Source: Faecousia sp. (lineage in GTDB: Bacteria > Bacillota > Clostridia > Oscillospirales > Oscillospiraceae). From it: 64,000 nucleotides of DNA. The stretch lies in contig JARIAT010000036.1 in NCBI GenBank assembly GCA_029257715.1, positions 10,463-74,462 on the forward strand. The letters run 5' to 3'. Position 1 is the first letter of the stretch. Each line of letters opens with the position of its first letter. Below, piece after piece: positions 48,726 through 57,050 of the stretch. Below the pieces are notes generated by a model. The model was not told where the DNA came from. It did no database searches and saw nothing but the letters and a program-made list of their open reading frames with translations. A program made the translations under genes and the position numbers.

Positions 48726-49358
48726 ATGAAACAGGAATCTTCCTTTGCCAGTGAGACGCTGGTCGTCTGGTGCGGACGGATCGCCTCCGTTGTTGTGACC
48801 AATCTGCTGTGGATTTTGTGCTGCCTTCCGGTGGTTACCGCCGGTGCTGCGACAAAAGCCATGTATCATAATCTCTACTGCCTGCTGCGAGAGGAGGAGT
48901 GCAGCGCCCGTTCCTTCTTTCGGGCCTTTGCCGACGGGTTTGCTCGGGTAACGGCTGTTTGGACGGTCATCCTCGTGGCGGGTGCGGCGCTGCTGACAGA
49001 CTATTATCTGGTGGCCTATATGGAATTTCCCGGCAGGATGGCGGTAATCGGTCTGATCTTTTTCGTAGGATTTCTGCTGGTGTTTGTGACGGGGCTGATG
49101 TTCCCCATGCTCAGCCAGTTTGCCATGTCCATCAAGGATGCTGCCATTAACGGCGTGCTTTTGAGCCTTGCCCATCTGCCGAGGGTGTTTCTGGTCAGCG
49201 CCATGAATCTGCTGCCCTGGGCACTGCTGGTGGTGTCTGCCAAGTGGTTTTTGATGCTGTCGGCTTTGTGGCTGCTGGGCGGTTATTCTCTGATCGGACT
49301 CTACAATGCCAAGCTGCTTGAGCCCGTTTTTGCTCCCTATCGAGACAGTCGGGCATAG
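48726..49358 (+). CDS. YesL/DUF624 membrane protein
   Basis: NLLWILCCLPVVTAGAATKAMY and FFRAF. Confidence 0.8.
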   Translation: MKQESSFASETLVVWCGRIASVVVTNLLWILCCLPVVTAGAATKAMYHNLYCLLREEECSARSFFRAFADGFARVTAVWTVILVAGAALLTDYYLVAYMEFPGRMAVIGLIFFVGFLLVFVTGLMFPMLSQFAMSIKDAAINGVLLSLAHLPRVFLVSAMNLLPWALLVVSAKWFLMLSALWLLGGYSLIGLYNAKLLEPVFAPYRDSRA

Positions 49359-49405
49359 ACCGAGTCAAGGGGAGTGGAAAAACGATTTTCCGTGAAAAAT
49401 CCTCC

Positions 49406-49440
49406 AAAGCACCCTGCAATTTTTTTGCAGGGTGCTTTTT
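49406..49440 (+). terminator. intrinsic terminator
   Basis: AAAGCACCCTGCAA...TTGCAGGGTGCTTTTT. Confidence 0.8.
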
Positions 49441-49569
49441 GCAAAAGAGGAAGTGTTCCTGACAGATGCTTGATTTTTTGTGGAAAATTCTGTATGATAC
49501 ATTGGTTAAAAAGTATCCAGATGCTTTCGTCTTCCTGACTTGCGGAAGACAGGAAAGGAAATTATCGAT

Positions 49570-50433
49570 ATGACGAAAATCAGAGTATCCACCGATTCTA
49601 CCGCAGATATTCCCGCAGAGCTTGTGAAGGCGCTGCAAATTTCGGTGCTGCCGCTGACCATTGTGGTCGATGGGAAAGAATATCTTGACGGTGTTGATTT
49701 GGAACCGGCGGAATTTTATAAACTGCTGGAAACCAGTTCGGAAATTCCTGCTACCAGTCAGGTCAGCACCCAGCGGTACAGCAAGCTGTATTATGAAACA
49801 TGGAAAGCAGGTTATACCCATCTGATCCATACCTCCATCAATTCCAAAGGCTCCGGCACCTATCAGGCGGCAGTGCTGTCCCGGGAGCTGTTTTTTGAGG
49901 AATACCCCGAGGCCAAACAGCAGCTGCAAATCGAGCTGATCGACTCGCTGACCTACTCGATGCTTTACGGATGGGGTGTAGTTGAGGGCGCACGATTGGC
50001 ACTGGACGGAGCGAAGCCCCAGCAGGTTGTGGATGCCATTACCGACTGGTGCCGCAATTCCAGAGCGGTGTTTGTTCCGCTGAATCTGAAATTTGTCCGA
50101 AAATCCGGCCGGGTTTCTGCCGCGGCGGCGTTTGTCGGGGACGCAATGGGGCTCAAGCCTGCCATTACCTTTGAAAACGGGGAATCCAAGGTTCTGACAA
50201 AATTTCGGGGAGAGAAAAAGGTCGTTCCCGGATTGATTGACATGATGCAAAAGGAGCGTAAGCCCGGTACGCCGTATTTTCTGGTCTACGGGACCAATCA
50301 GGAGCAATATGAAAACCTTCAGTTGGCCTGCGCAGAACAGATGGAGCAGGCCCCTCAGCTGAGTTACAGTGTGGGGAATATCATTTCCATCAATACAGGC
50401 CCCAATATGATTGCCGTTATTTATCGCAGATAA
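49570..50433 (+). CDS. DegV family fatty-acid-binding protein (FakB-like)
   Basis: TDSTADIP, PATSQ, SGTYQ, IDS and KSGRVS. Confidence 0.9.
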   Translation: MTKIRVSTDSTADIPAELVKALQISVLPLTIVVDGKEYLDGVDLEPAEFYKLLETSSEIPATSQVSTQRYSKLYYETWKAGYTHLIHTSINSKGSGTYQAAVLSRELFFEEYPEAKQQLQIELIDSLTYSMLYGWGVVEGARLALDGAKPQQVVDAITDWCRNSRAVFVPLNLKFVRKSGRVSAAAAFVGDAMGLKPAITFENGESKVLTKFRGEKKVVPGLIDMMQKERKPGTPYFLVYGTNQEQYENLQLACAEQMEQAPQLSYSVGNIISINTGPNMIAVIYRR

Positions 50434-50462
50434 GCTGCGGTTTGCTGCCTTAGGAAGGGAAG

Positions 50463-52052
50463 GTGTTCCGGATGCAAAACCAATTGATGGAGCTGCGTGG
50501 AATGCATCTGCTCAAAAAGGGAAAAAAGAGCCTGATTACCATGGTATTCAGCCGAACGGGCTTGATTACGCTGCTGCTTCTGCTTCAGTTTGGAATCTTA
50601 ATGGGACTGTTTGCCAAGTTTCAGCAGTGGATTCCGCATGTCTATGGACTGTCGGCCGTGCTGGCCGGCGGCATGGTGATCTATTTGATCAACAGCCGGC
50701 TTGAGCCAAGCGCAAAACTGACATGGATGGTGCTTGTGATGGTGCTTCCGGTATTCGGTACACTGTTTTACCTCTATGCCCATCTGGATCTCGGGCATCG
50801 GATGCTCAAGAACCGCCTCAGTGAAATTCATCAGGAAAGCCGGAAGCAGATTCCGCAGGCACCGGAGGTTATGCAGACCTTTCGGGAGGAGCATCCGCAG
50901 GGGGCAAGCCTTTCTCAATATGTCCGCCGCAGCGGGTGCTATCCGGTTTATGACAATACGGAGGTACACTATTTCCGCTCCGGAGAGGAGAAGTTCCAGC
51001 GGCTGATTTATGAGCTGGAGCAGGCGGAAAAGTTCATCTTCCTCGAGTATTTCATCGTGGAGGAGGGTGTCATGTGGGGAGAGGTACTGTCAATTCTGGC
51101 GCAAAAAGCCCGGGAGGGGCTGGATGTGCGGATTATGTACGACGGAACCTGTGAATTTGCCCTGCTGCCCAAAAGCTATCCCGTGCAGTTGGAGGCACTT
51201 GGGATTCAGTGCAAGGTGTTTTCTCCGGTGGCGCCTCTGGTGTCTACCCATTATAACTATCGGGATCACCGAAAAATTGTGGTGATTGACGGCCACACGG
51301 CTTTTACAGGCGGTGTGAATCTGGCGGATGAATATATCAATCTCAAAGAGCGATTCGGACACTGGAAGGATACGGCGCTCATGCTTCGGGGAGATGCGGT
51401 GCAGAGCTTCACATTGATGTTCTTGCAGATGTGGGCCATCGATCAGGAAAAACCGGAATTTCGGAAATTCCTTTCGGTCAGACCCAGAAATCCAGAGTAT
51501 CCATCGGGATATATCATGCCGTATGGCGACAGCCCTCTGGATGACGAGCGGGTAGGTGAGTGCGTGTATATGGATCTGCTGAATCGGGCGCAGCGATATG
51601 TGCATATTATGACGCCTTATCTCATAATAGGCAGCGAAATGGAGAATGCGCTTTGCTTTGCGGCGAAACGGGGCGTGGATGTGCGGCTGATCCTTCCGGG
51701 GATTCCGGATAAGAAGATCCCCTATACATTGGCCAAAACCCATTTCAGCACCTTGATTCGGGCCGGTGTGAAAATTTATCTCTATACCCCGGGCTTTATC
51801 CATGCCAAGAGTTTTGTCTGCGATGATGTGGAGGCGGTGGTTGGCACCATCAATCTGGATTACCGCAGCCTTTATCACCATTTTGAGTGTGCGGTGTATC
51901 TTTATAAAGCCGATGCCATTGAACAGATCGAGAATGATTTCCGCGAGACACTGGGTAAATGCAGCCGCGTGACCCGGGAGACCATCCGACAGGAGCCAAA
52001 GCTGATTCGCGCGGCAGGGTATCTGCTCAAAATTCTGGCACCGCTGTTATAA
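50463..52052 (+). CDS. cls: cardiolipin synthase
   Basis: Two HKD motifs (DHRKIVVIDG and HAKSFVCDD), N-terminal TMs; start uncertain (50463-50502). Confidence 0.93.
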   Translation: MFRMQNQLMELRGMHLLKKGKKSLITMVFSRTGLITLLLLLQFGILMGLFAKFQQWIPHVYGLSAVLAGGMVIYLINSRLEPSAKLTWMVLVMVLPVFGTLFYLYAHLDLGHRMLKNRLSEIHQESRKQIPQAPEVMQTFREEHPQGASLSQYVRRSGCYPVYDNTEVHYFRSGEEKFQRLIYELEQAEKFIFLEYFIVEEGVMWGEVLSILAQKAREGLDVRIMYDGTCEFALLPKSYPVQLEALGIQCKVFSPVAPLVSTHYNYRDHRKIVVIDGHTAFTGGVNLADEYINLKERFGHWKDTALMLRGDAVQSFTLMFLQMWAIDQEKPEFRKFLSVRPRNPEYPSGYIMPYGDSPLDDERVGECVYMDLLNRAQRYVHIMTPYLIIGSEMENALCFAAKRGVDVRLILPGIPDKKIPYTLAKTHFSTLIRAGVKIYLYTPGFIHAKSFVCDDVEAVVGTINLDYRSLYHHFECAVYLYKADAIEQIENDFRETLGKCSRVTRETIRQEPKLIRAAGYLLKILAPLL

Positions 52053-52061
52053 CAAGAATTT

Positions 52062-52093
52062 GCAGAGATCCCCGAAGGGATCTCTGCTTTTTT
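52062..52093 (+). terminator. intrinsic terminator
   Basis: GCAGAGATCCC-CGAA-GGGATCTCTGC-TTTTTT. Confidence 0.85.
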
Positions 52094-52160
52094 CTTGAAT
52101 CCGCATACCGGACTGTTTATAATAGACCCAGACAGAAAGCGCAGCAAAGGAGGAAACGCA

Positions 52161-53264
52161 ATGGGAGATCTGTTTGACTATCTAAGCTGGAGGGGAGATC
52201 TGACCTTCCGGCAGGTTCCGCCCAATGAAGTGGACTGCCTGATTTTTGCGGCATTGAGCTATGTGGATTTCGCCCAGACGGTGCCTGCCGGATTTCAGAA
52301 TCCGGTGACACTGGAGCTGGTGGCAAAGCAGTTTTTGAAATTGGAAAATCCCATGGAGCGAACCAGAGTCAAAAACGATGTGAAATTACTTCATGCAGCC
52401 GCAGCCTCTGCACGTTATCGGGAGACGAAGGTGCTGTACTATCAGAATGAATTCCTTCCCGAGCAGGAGAGTCAGTTTGCGGCGGTGACATTTCTGCTGC
52501 CGATTGGCACGGCAGTGCTTGCGTTCCGCGGAACGGACGATACCCTTGTGGGCTGGAAAGAGGACTTCAATATGAGCTTTCAGCCGCAGGTTCCGGCGCA
52601 GGAAAAGGCACGCTATTATACAGAGGCTTTCGCCGCCGTCCATGACTGCCCGATGATTCTATGCGGCCATTCCAAGGGTGGAAACCTGGCGGTGTACGCA
52701 TCGGCCCTGTGCCGCGGGGAGATGAAAAGTCGGATCCTGGATATCTTTAACTTCGACGGCCCTGGATTCAGCCACAGCATGATGACGGATCATCGATATC
52801 TGGAGGCAGTGCCTAAAATTCACACCTACGTACCGGAATCGTCCGTCATCGGGATGCTTCTGGAGCACGAGGAGCCGTACCGGGTGGTTAAAAGCCGTCA
52901 GGTCAGTATCATGCAGCATGAGCTGTACTCCTGGGAAATTCTCGGGGGAGGATTTGTCGAGACGGATCAGGTGGATCGGGACGCATGGCATTTGAATCTG
53001 GCCATCAAGAGTTGGCTGGGGGAGAAGACTCTTCAGGAGCGCAATGCCTTTGTGGATGCGGTCTATGAGCTGCTGTCGCAAGGAGCTGTGGAGCGGACCA
53101 GTCAGCTGATTTTGCCAAGAAATGTTTTGGCTTACCTCAAAACGCTCAACGAGGATGAGCAGATGCGCAGCATGATTCGGGGGGAAATTGCGGCATTTTT
53201 GCAGAGTATTCTGCGAATCCGACGGAAAAAAGAACTCCCGACACTCGACAGTGGAAAAGAATAA
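52161..53264 (+). CDS. DUF2974 (Mbeg1-like) lipase-fold hydrolase
   Basis: DYLSWRGD, AFRGTD, GWKED, GHSKGG and FDGPGF. Confidence 0.85.
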   Translation: MGDLFDYLSWRGDLTFRQVPPNEVDCLIFAALSYVDFAQTVPAGFQNPVTLELVAKQFLKLENPMERTRVKNDVKLLHAAAASARYRETKVLYYQNEFLPEQESQFAAVTFLLPIGTAVLAFRGTDDTLVGWKEDFNMSFQPQVPAQEKARYYTEAFAAVHDCPMILCGHSKGGNLAVYASALCRGEMKSRILDIFNFDGPGFSHSMMTDHRYLEAVPKIHTYVPESSVIGMLLEHEEPYRVVKSRQVSIMQHELYSWEILGGGFVETDQVDRDAWHLNLAIKSWLGEKTLQERNAFVDAVYELLSQGAVERTSQLILPRNVLAYLKTLNEDEQMRSMIRGEIAAFLQSILRIRRKKELPTLDSGKE

Positions 53265-53271
53265 TCTGGTC

Positions 53272-53299
53272 ACCCCGGCAGAATTTCTGCCGGGGTTTT
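53272..53299 (+). terminator. intrinsic terminator
   Basis: ACCCCGGCAGA-ATT-TCTGCCGGGGTTTT. Confidence 0.8.
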
Positions 53300-53415
53300 G
53301 TGCGCTTTGTCAAAAATATCAAAAATTTGTTGGAGACTATGGCAATTTTGTATGACTTGTGCTATAAATAAAAAACAACCTATGGGTAGGCTTGTGTAAG
53401 AAAAGGAGAATGATT

Positions 53416-54828
53416 ATGGCACTTTTAAAAGCATTAAAAAATTCTGCCGGCGGCGTTATGGCAGATCAGTGGAAAGAGTTCTTCTACTGTGATTCCATGG
53501 AATCTAATGTCCTTGTGACGAAGGGGCGTCGGCGCACCTCCGGCCGATCTTCCAATACCAAGGGCTTTGACAATATTATTTCTGACGGCTCCGTCATTGC
53601 GGTAGCGGACGGACAGAGCATGATGATCGTCGAGCAGGGAAAGATTGTCGAATTTACGGCAGAACCCGGTGAATTTATTTTTGACGCATCCAAAGAGCCG
53701 TCGATCTTTACAGGTAATCTGGGAGAGGGGATTCTTAAAACCTTCTCTATGATGGGAAAGCGTTTCACCTTCGGCGGAGAGGCACCCCATGACCAGCGGG
53801 TTTACTACTTCAATACCAAAGAGTTGTTTGGCAACAAATACGGCACGGCCAATCCGGTCCCCTTCAGAGTCGTGGATCAAAATATCGGGCTGGATATTGA
53901 TATTTCTGTGCGCTGCTTCGGTGAGTATACCTACCGGATTTGGAATCCCATGCTCTTCTATCAGAACGTATGCGGAAATGTGGCTGATACGTATACCCGG
54001 GATGAGCTGGAAGGCCAGATGAAGACCGAGGTTTTGACGGCGCTTCAGCCTGCCTTTGCCCGAATTTCGGAAATGGGTATCCGCTATTCCGCAATCCCCG
54101 GCCATACCATGGAACTGACGCAGGCCATGAATGAGGTGCTTTGCGAGCAGTGGAAGGAAACACGGGGAATTGAAATTTTGTCCTTTGGTGTTTCTAGTAT
54201 TCGGGCCAGCGAAGAAGACGAGAACATGATTAAGGAGCTGCAGCGCAATGCAACGCTGCGCAATCCCAATATGGCAGCAGCTCATCTTGTCAGCGCACAG
54301 GCAGATGCCATGAAGACTGCTGCCGGCAACAAGGCCGGTGCGATGACAGGCTTCCTTGGAATGGGGATGGCAGGCGCGGCCGGCGGTATCAATGCCAATC
54401 AGTTGTTCCAGCAGGGACAGCAGATGCAGCAGCCCGCAGCTCCTGCGGCCGCAGCGCCTCAAGTGTCCGGAGGATGGACTTGCAGCTGCGGTGCAGCGGC
54501 CACCGGAAAGTTCTGCCCGGAGTGCGGTGCGAAAAAGCCGGAGCCTAAGACTGCGGATACTTGGAAATGCGCCTGTGGACGTGAAAATACAGGAAAATTC
54601 TGCGCCGAGTGCGGCGCCAAGCGTCCGGAGGAAGTTCAGGGATGGAAATGTTCCTGCGGAAGTGTGAATAAGGGGAAATTCTGCCCGGAATGCGGCGCCC
54701 AAAAGCCCGCCGGAGTACCCCAGTATCGCTGTGACAAGTGTGGATGGGAGCCGCAGGATCCTAAGAATCCGCCCAAGTTCTGTCCCGAATGCGGAGATCC
54801 CTTCGGCGACGAGGACGTGAAAAAATAA
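53416..54828 (+). CDS. SPFH-domain protein with C-terminal zinc-ribbon repeats (YdjI-like)
   Basis: ADQWKEFF, RFTFGG, KYGTANPVPF; three W.C.CG...GKFC.ECG repeats plus CDKC/CPEC. Confidence 0.85.
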   Translation: MALLKALKNSAGGVMADQWKEFFYCDSMESNVLVTKGRRRTSGRSSNTKGFDNIISDGSVIAVADGQSMMIVEQGKIVEFTAEPGEFIFDASKEPSIFTGNLGEGILKTFSMMGKRFTFGGEAPHDQRVYYFNTKELFGNKYGTANPVPFRVVDQNIGLDIDISVRCFGEYTYRIWNPMLFYQNVCGNVADTYTRDELEGQMKTEVLTALQPAFARISEMGIRYSAIPGHTMELTQAMNEVLCEQWKETRGIEILSFGVSSIRASEEDENMIKELQRNATLRNPNMAAAHLVSAQADAMKTAAGNKAGAMTGFLGMGMAGAAGGINANQLFQQGQQMQQPAAPAAAAPQVSGGWTCSCGAAATGKFCPECGAKKPEPKTADTWKCACGRENTGKFCAECGAKRPEEVQGWKCSCGSVNKGKFCPECGAQKPAGVPQYRCDKCGWEPQDPKNPPKFCPECGDPFGDEDVKK

Positions 54829-54858
54829 AAACTTCTGAACACGTCAGGAGGCGAGATA

Positions 54859-55953
54859 ATGGATACCTTATTGGAGTATAAATGCCCGTGCTGTGGGGGC
54901 AAAGTAGAATTTAACAGCGACGTCCAGAAAATGAAATGCCCGTACTGTGATACGGAGTTTGACATTGAGGCACTGCGGCAGGAGCAGGAACAGGAGCAGA
55001 AAGCCAAAAGTCAAAGCCCGGAAGAGCTGCGGTGGGAGGCATCAGACCAGCAGTGGGATGAGGACGAAGCCGGAAAAATCCAGATTTATGCCTGCAAATC
55101 CTGCGGCGGCGAGATCATGGCGGAAGAGACAACGGCAGCAACCCACTGCCCATACTGCGGAAGTCCGGTCATAATGACCGGACGGCTTTCCGGTGGACTG
55201 AAGCCGGATTATGTCATTCCCTTCAAACTGGACAAGGAAGCGGCAAAGAATGCCCTGCGTCAGCATATGTCCGGTAAGAAGCTGCTTCCAAAATTGTTTC
55301 GGGAGGAGAGCCGGCTGGAAGAAATCAAGGGGGTGTACGTTCCGTTCTGGCTGTTTGATGCAGAGGCCGACGGCGATGGCCAATATTCTGCCGCCAGATC
55401 CAGAAGCTGGAGCGATTCGGATACCATCTACACGGAAACTTCGCACTATTCGGCTTCCCGCAGCGGACATATGGAGTTCTCCGGCATTCCGGTAGACGGA
55501 GCCTCTAAGATTCCCGATGAGCTGATGGAAACACTGGAGCCGTTTGACTTTTCCGAGGCAAAGCCATTTCAGATGGAGTATCTGTCCGGTTACCTGGCAG
55601 ATCGCTATGATGTCAGTGCGAAGGAGAGCGAAAGCCGGGCAAATCAGCGAATCAAGGAGTCGATGGACGGTGCGCTCCGCCAGTCTGTTACCGGCTATGA
55701 TATCGTTCAGACCAAAAGGGTGAATATCCGACTGGAAAATGCCAAGTCAAAGTATGCGTTTTTCCCGGTGTGGCTGATGACGGCTTCGTATCAGGGAAAG
55801 AATTACCTCTATGCCATGAACGGACAGAGCGGAAAAATTGCAGGCGATATGCCCATTGACAAAAAGGCGCAGTATATGTGGCATGCAATTTACACAGCGG
55901 CCTTCGGCGGCGGCCTATGGGCGCTGTGGCTGCTGATGCGGATGTTTATGTAA
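54859..55953 (+). CDS. zinc-ribbon membrane-anchored protein (YdjG-like)
   Basis: CPCCG, CPYC, CKSCG, CPYCG, VIPF, YVPFWLF, MNGQSGK and a C-terminal TM. Confidence 0.8.
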   Translation: MDTLLEYKCPCCGGKVEFNSDVQKMKCPYCDTEFDIEALRQEQEQEQKAKSQSPEELRWEASDQQWDEDEAGKIQIYACKSCGGEIMAEETTAATHCPYCGSPVIMTGRLSGGLKPDYVIPFKLDKEAAKNALRQHMSGKKLLPKLFREESRLEEIKGVYVPFWLFDAEADGDGQYSAARSRSWSDSDTIYTETSHYSASRSGHMEFSGIPVDGASKIPDELMETLEPFDFSEAKPFQMEYLSGYLADRYDVSAKESESRANQRIKESMDGALRQSVTGYDIVQTKRVNIRLENAKSKYAFFPVWLMTASYQGKNYLYAMNGQSGKIAGDMPIDKKAQYMWHAIYTAAFGGGLWALWLLMRMFM

Positions 55954-55966
55954 GGAGGGAATATGT

Positions 55967-56785
55967 ATGAAACGATGTGCTGCAATTGTAATATCCTTCC
56001 TGATGGTTTTTGTGCTGGCGGTTCCGGCGTTTGCGGCTGCGGACGGAGTGCCCCATGTGGTGGATAATGCAGGCGTTCTGACAGAGGATGCCCGCAAGGC
56101 ATTGGATCGAGAGGCGCTGGCGCTGTCAAAGCGGTGGGAATTTGACTTTGTCATTGTGACAGTGGAGAGTCTTGGATCTGCCCGTCCGCAGGCCTATGCG
56201 GATGATTTTTTCGATTACAACGGGTATGGCTACGGCGAGCGTTTTGACGGAATCCTTCTGCTGGTGTCCATGGAGGAGCGGGACTTGGCATTCTCGACCT
56301 GCGGCTATGGAATTACGGCATTTACGGATTATGGTCAGGAATACATGATGAATCATGTCCTTGAGAAGCTTGGGAAAAACGACTTTGAAGGGGGTTTCAA
56401 AACCTTCCTAAGTGATGGCGAGAGTCTCCTGAAGCAGGCGAAAAACGGAAAGCCTCTGGATGTTCCGAAGCAAGCGGGCGGCTTCCCCGTGATTAGCTTT
56501 ATTGTATGTATGGGGCTGGGTTTTGTAGTGGCAATGATGCCGGTGGAGGACATGAAAAAGCAGGTAAAGAATGTTGCGAGTCAGAAAGCTGCTACGAATT
56601 ACGTCACAGGAAAAGGATTGGATTTATCCCACCAGAGTGACCGATTCCTCTATTCTCGTGTGACAAGAAGACAGCGGCCCAAGAACAACACTTCCTCCTC
56701 CTCTTCTTCACACTCCAGCGGTGGAAGCCGGACGCATGTTTCTTCCTCCGGCCGGACGCATGGCGGTTCCAGCGGCAAATTCTAG
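55967..56785 (+). CDS. TPM-domain membrane protein (YdjH-like)
   Basis: Signal peptide, VVDNAGVL, YADDFFDY, DGILLL and a Ser/Gly-rich tail ending HGGSSGKF. Confidence 0.85.
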   Translation: MKRCAAIVISFLMVFVLAVPAFAAADGVPHVVDNAGVLTEDARKALDREALALSKRWEFDFVIVTVESLGSARPQAYADDFFDYNGYGYGERFDGILLLVSMEERDLAFSTCGYGITAFTDYGQEYMMNHVLEKLGKNDFEGGFKTFLSDGESLLKQAKNGKPLDVPKQAGGFPVISFIVCMGLGFVVAMMPVEDMKKQVKNVASQKAATNYVTGKGLDLSHQSDRFLYSRVTRRQRPKNNTSSSSSSHSSGGSRTHVSSSGRTHGGSSGKF

Positions 56786-56786
56786 C

Positions 56787-56959
56787 GGCGAGCCGCCGCA
56801 GGCAATACGTGCCGAGTGCGGCAGAGATCGTTCCACCTCAGGGGGGCGCTCGATTCGTGAGAGAAACAGCAATCGAAGGATTTTAAGGCGAGCCGCCGCA
56901 GGCAATACGTGCCAAGTGCGGCAGAGATTGTTCCACCTCAGGGGGAGCGCTCGATTCGT
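56787..56959. repeat. two ~72-bp structured direct repeats with a 100-bp period
   Basis: 56787-56858 and 56887-56959 differ by 2 substitutions and a 1-nt indel; they are separated by a 28-nt unique spacer. Confidence 0.9.
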
Positions 56960-57009
56960 CACGGGAACGGAAAACAGAGGAGTCCCAAGGCGATGAATGG
57001 AAAACAACA

Positions 57010-57037
57010 AAAACCCCGGACTCTCGTCCGGGGTTTT
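57010..57037. terminator. bidirectional terminator
   Basis: AAAACCCCGGAC-TCTC-GTCCGGGGTTTT. Confidence 0.85.
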
Positions 57038-57050
57038 ATCATATGCAGGA

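Noticed and set aside
56787-56959. Possible CRISPR array
   Set aside because: Only two units, the 72-nt repeat is far longer than CRISPR repeats, and there are no cas genes; kept as a structured repeat instead.
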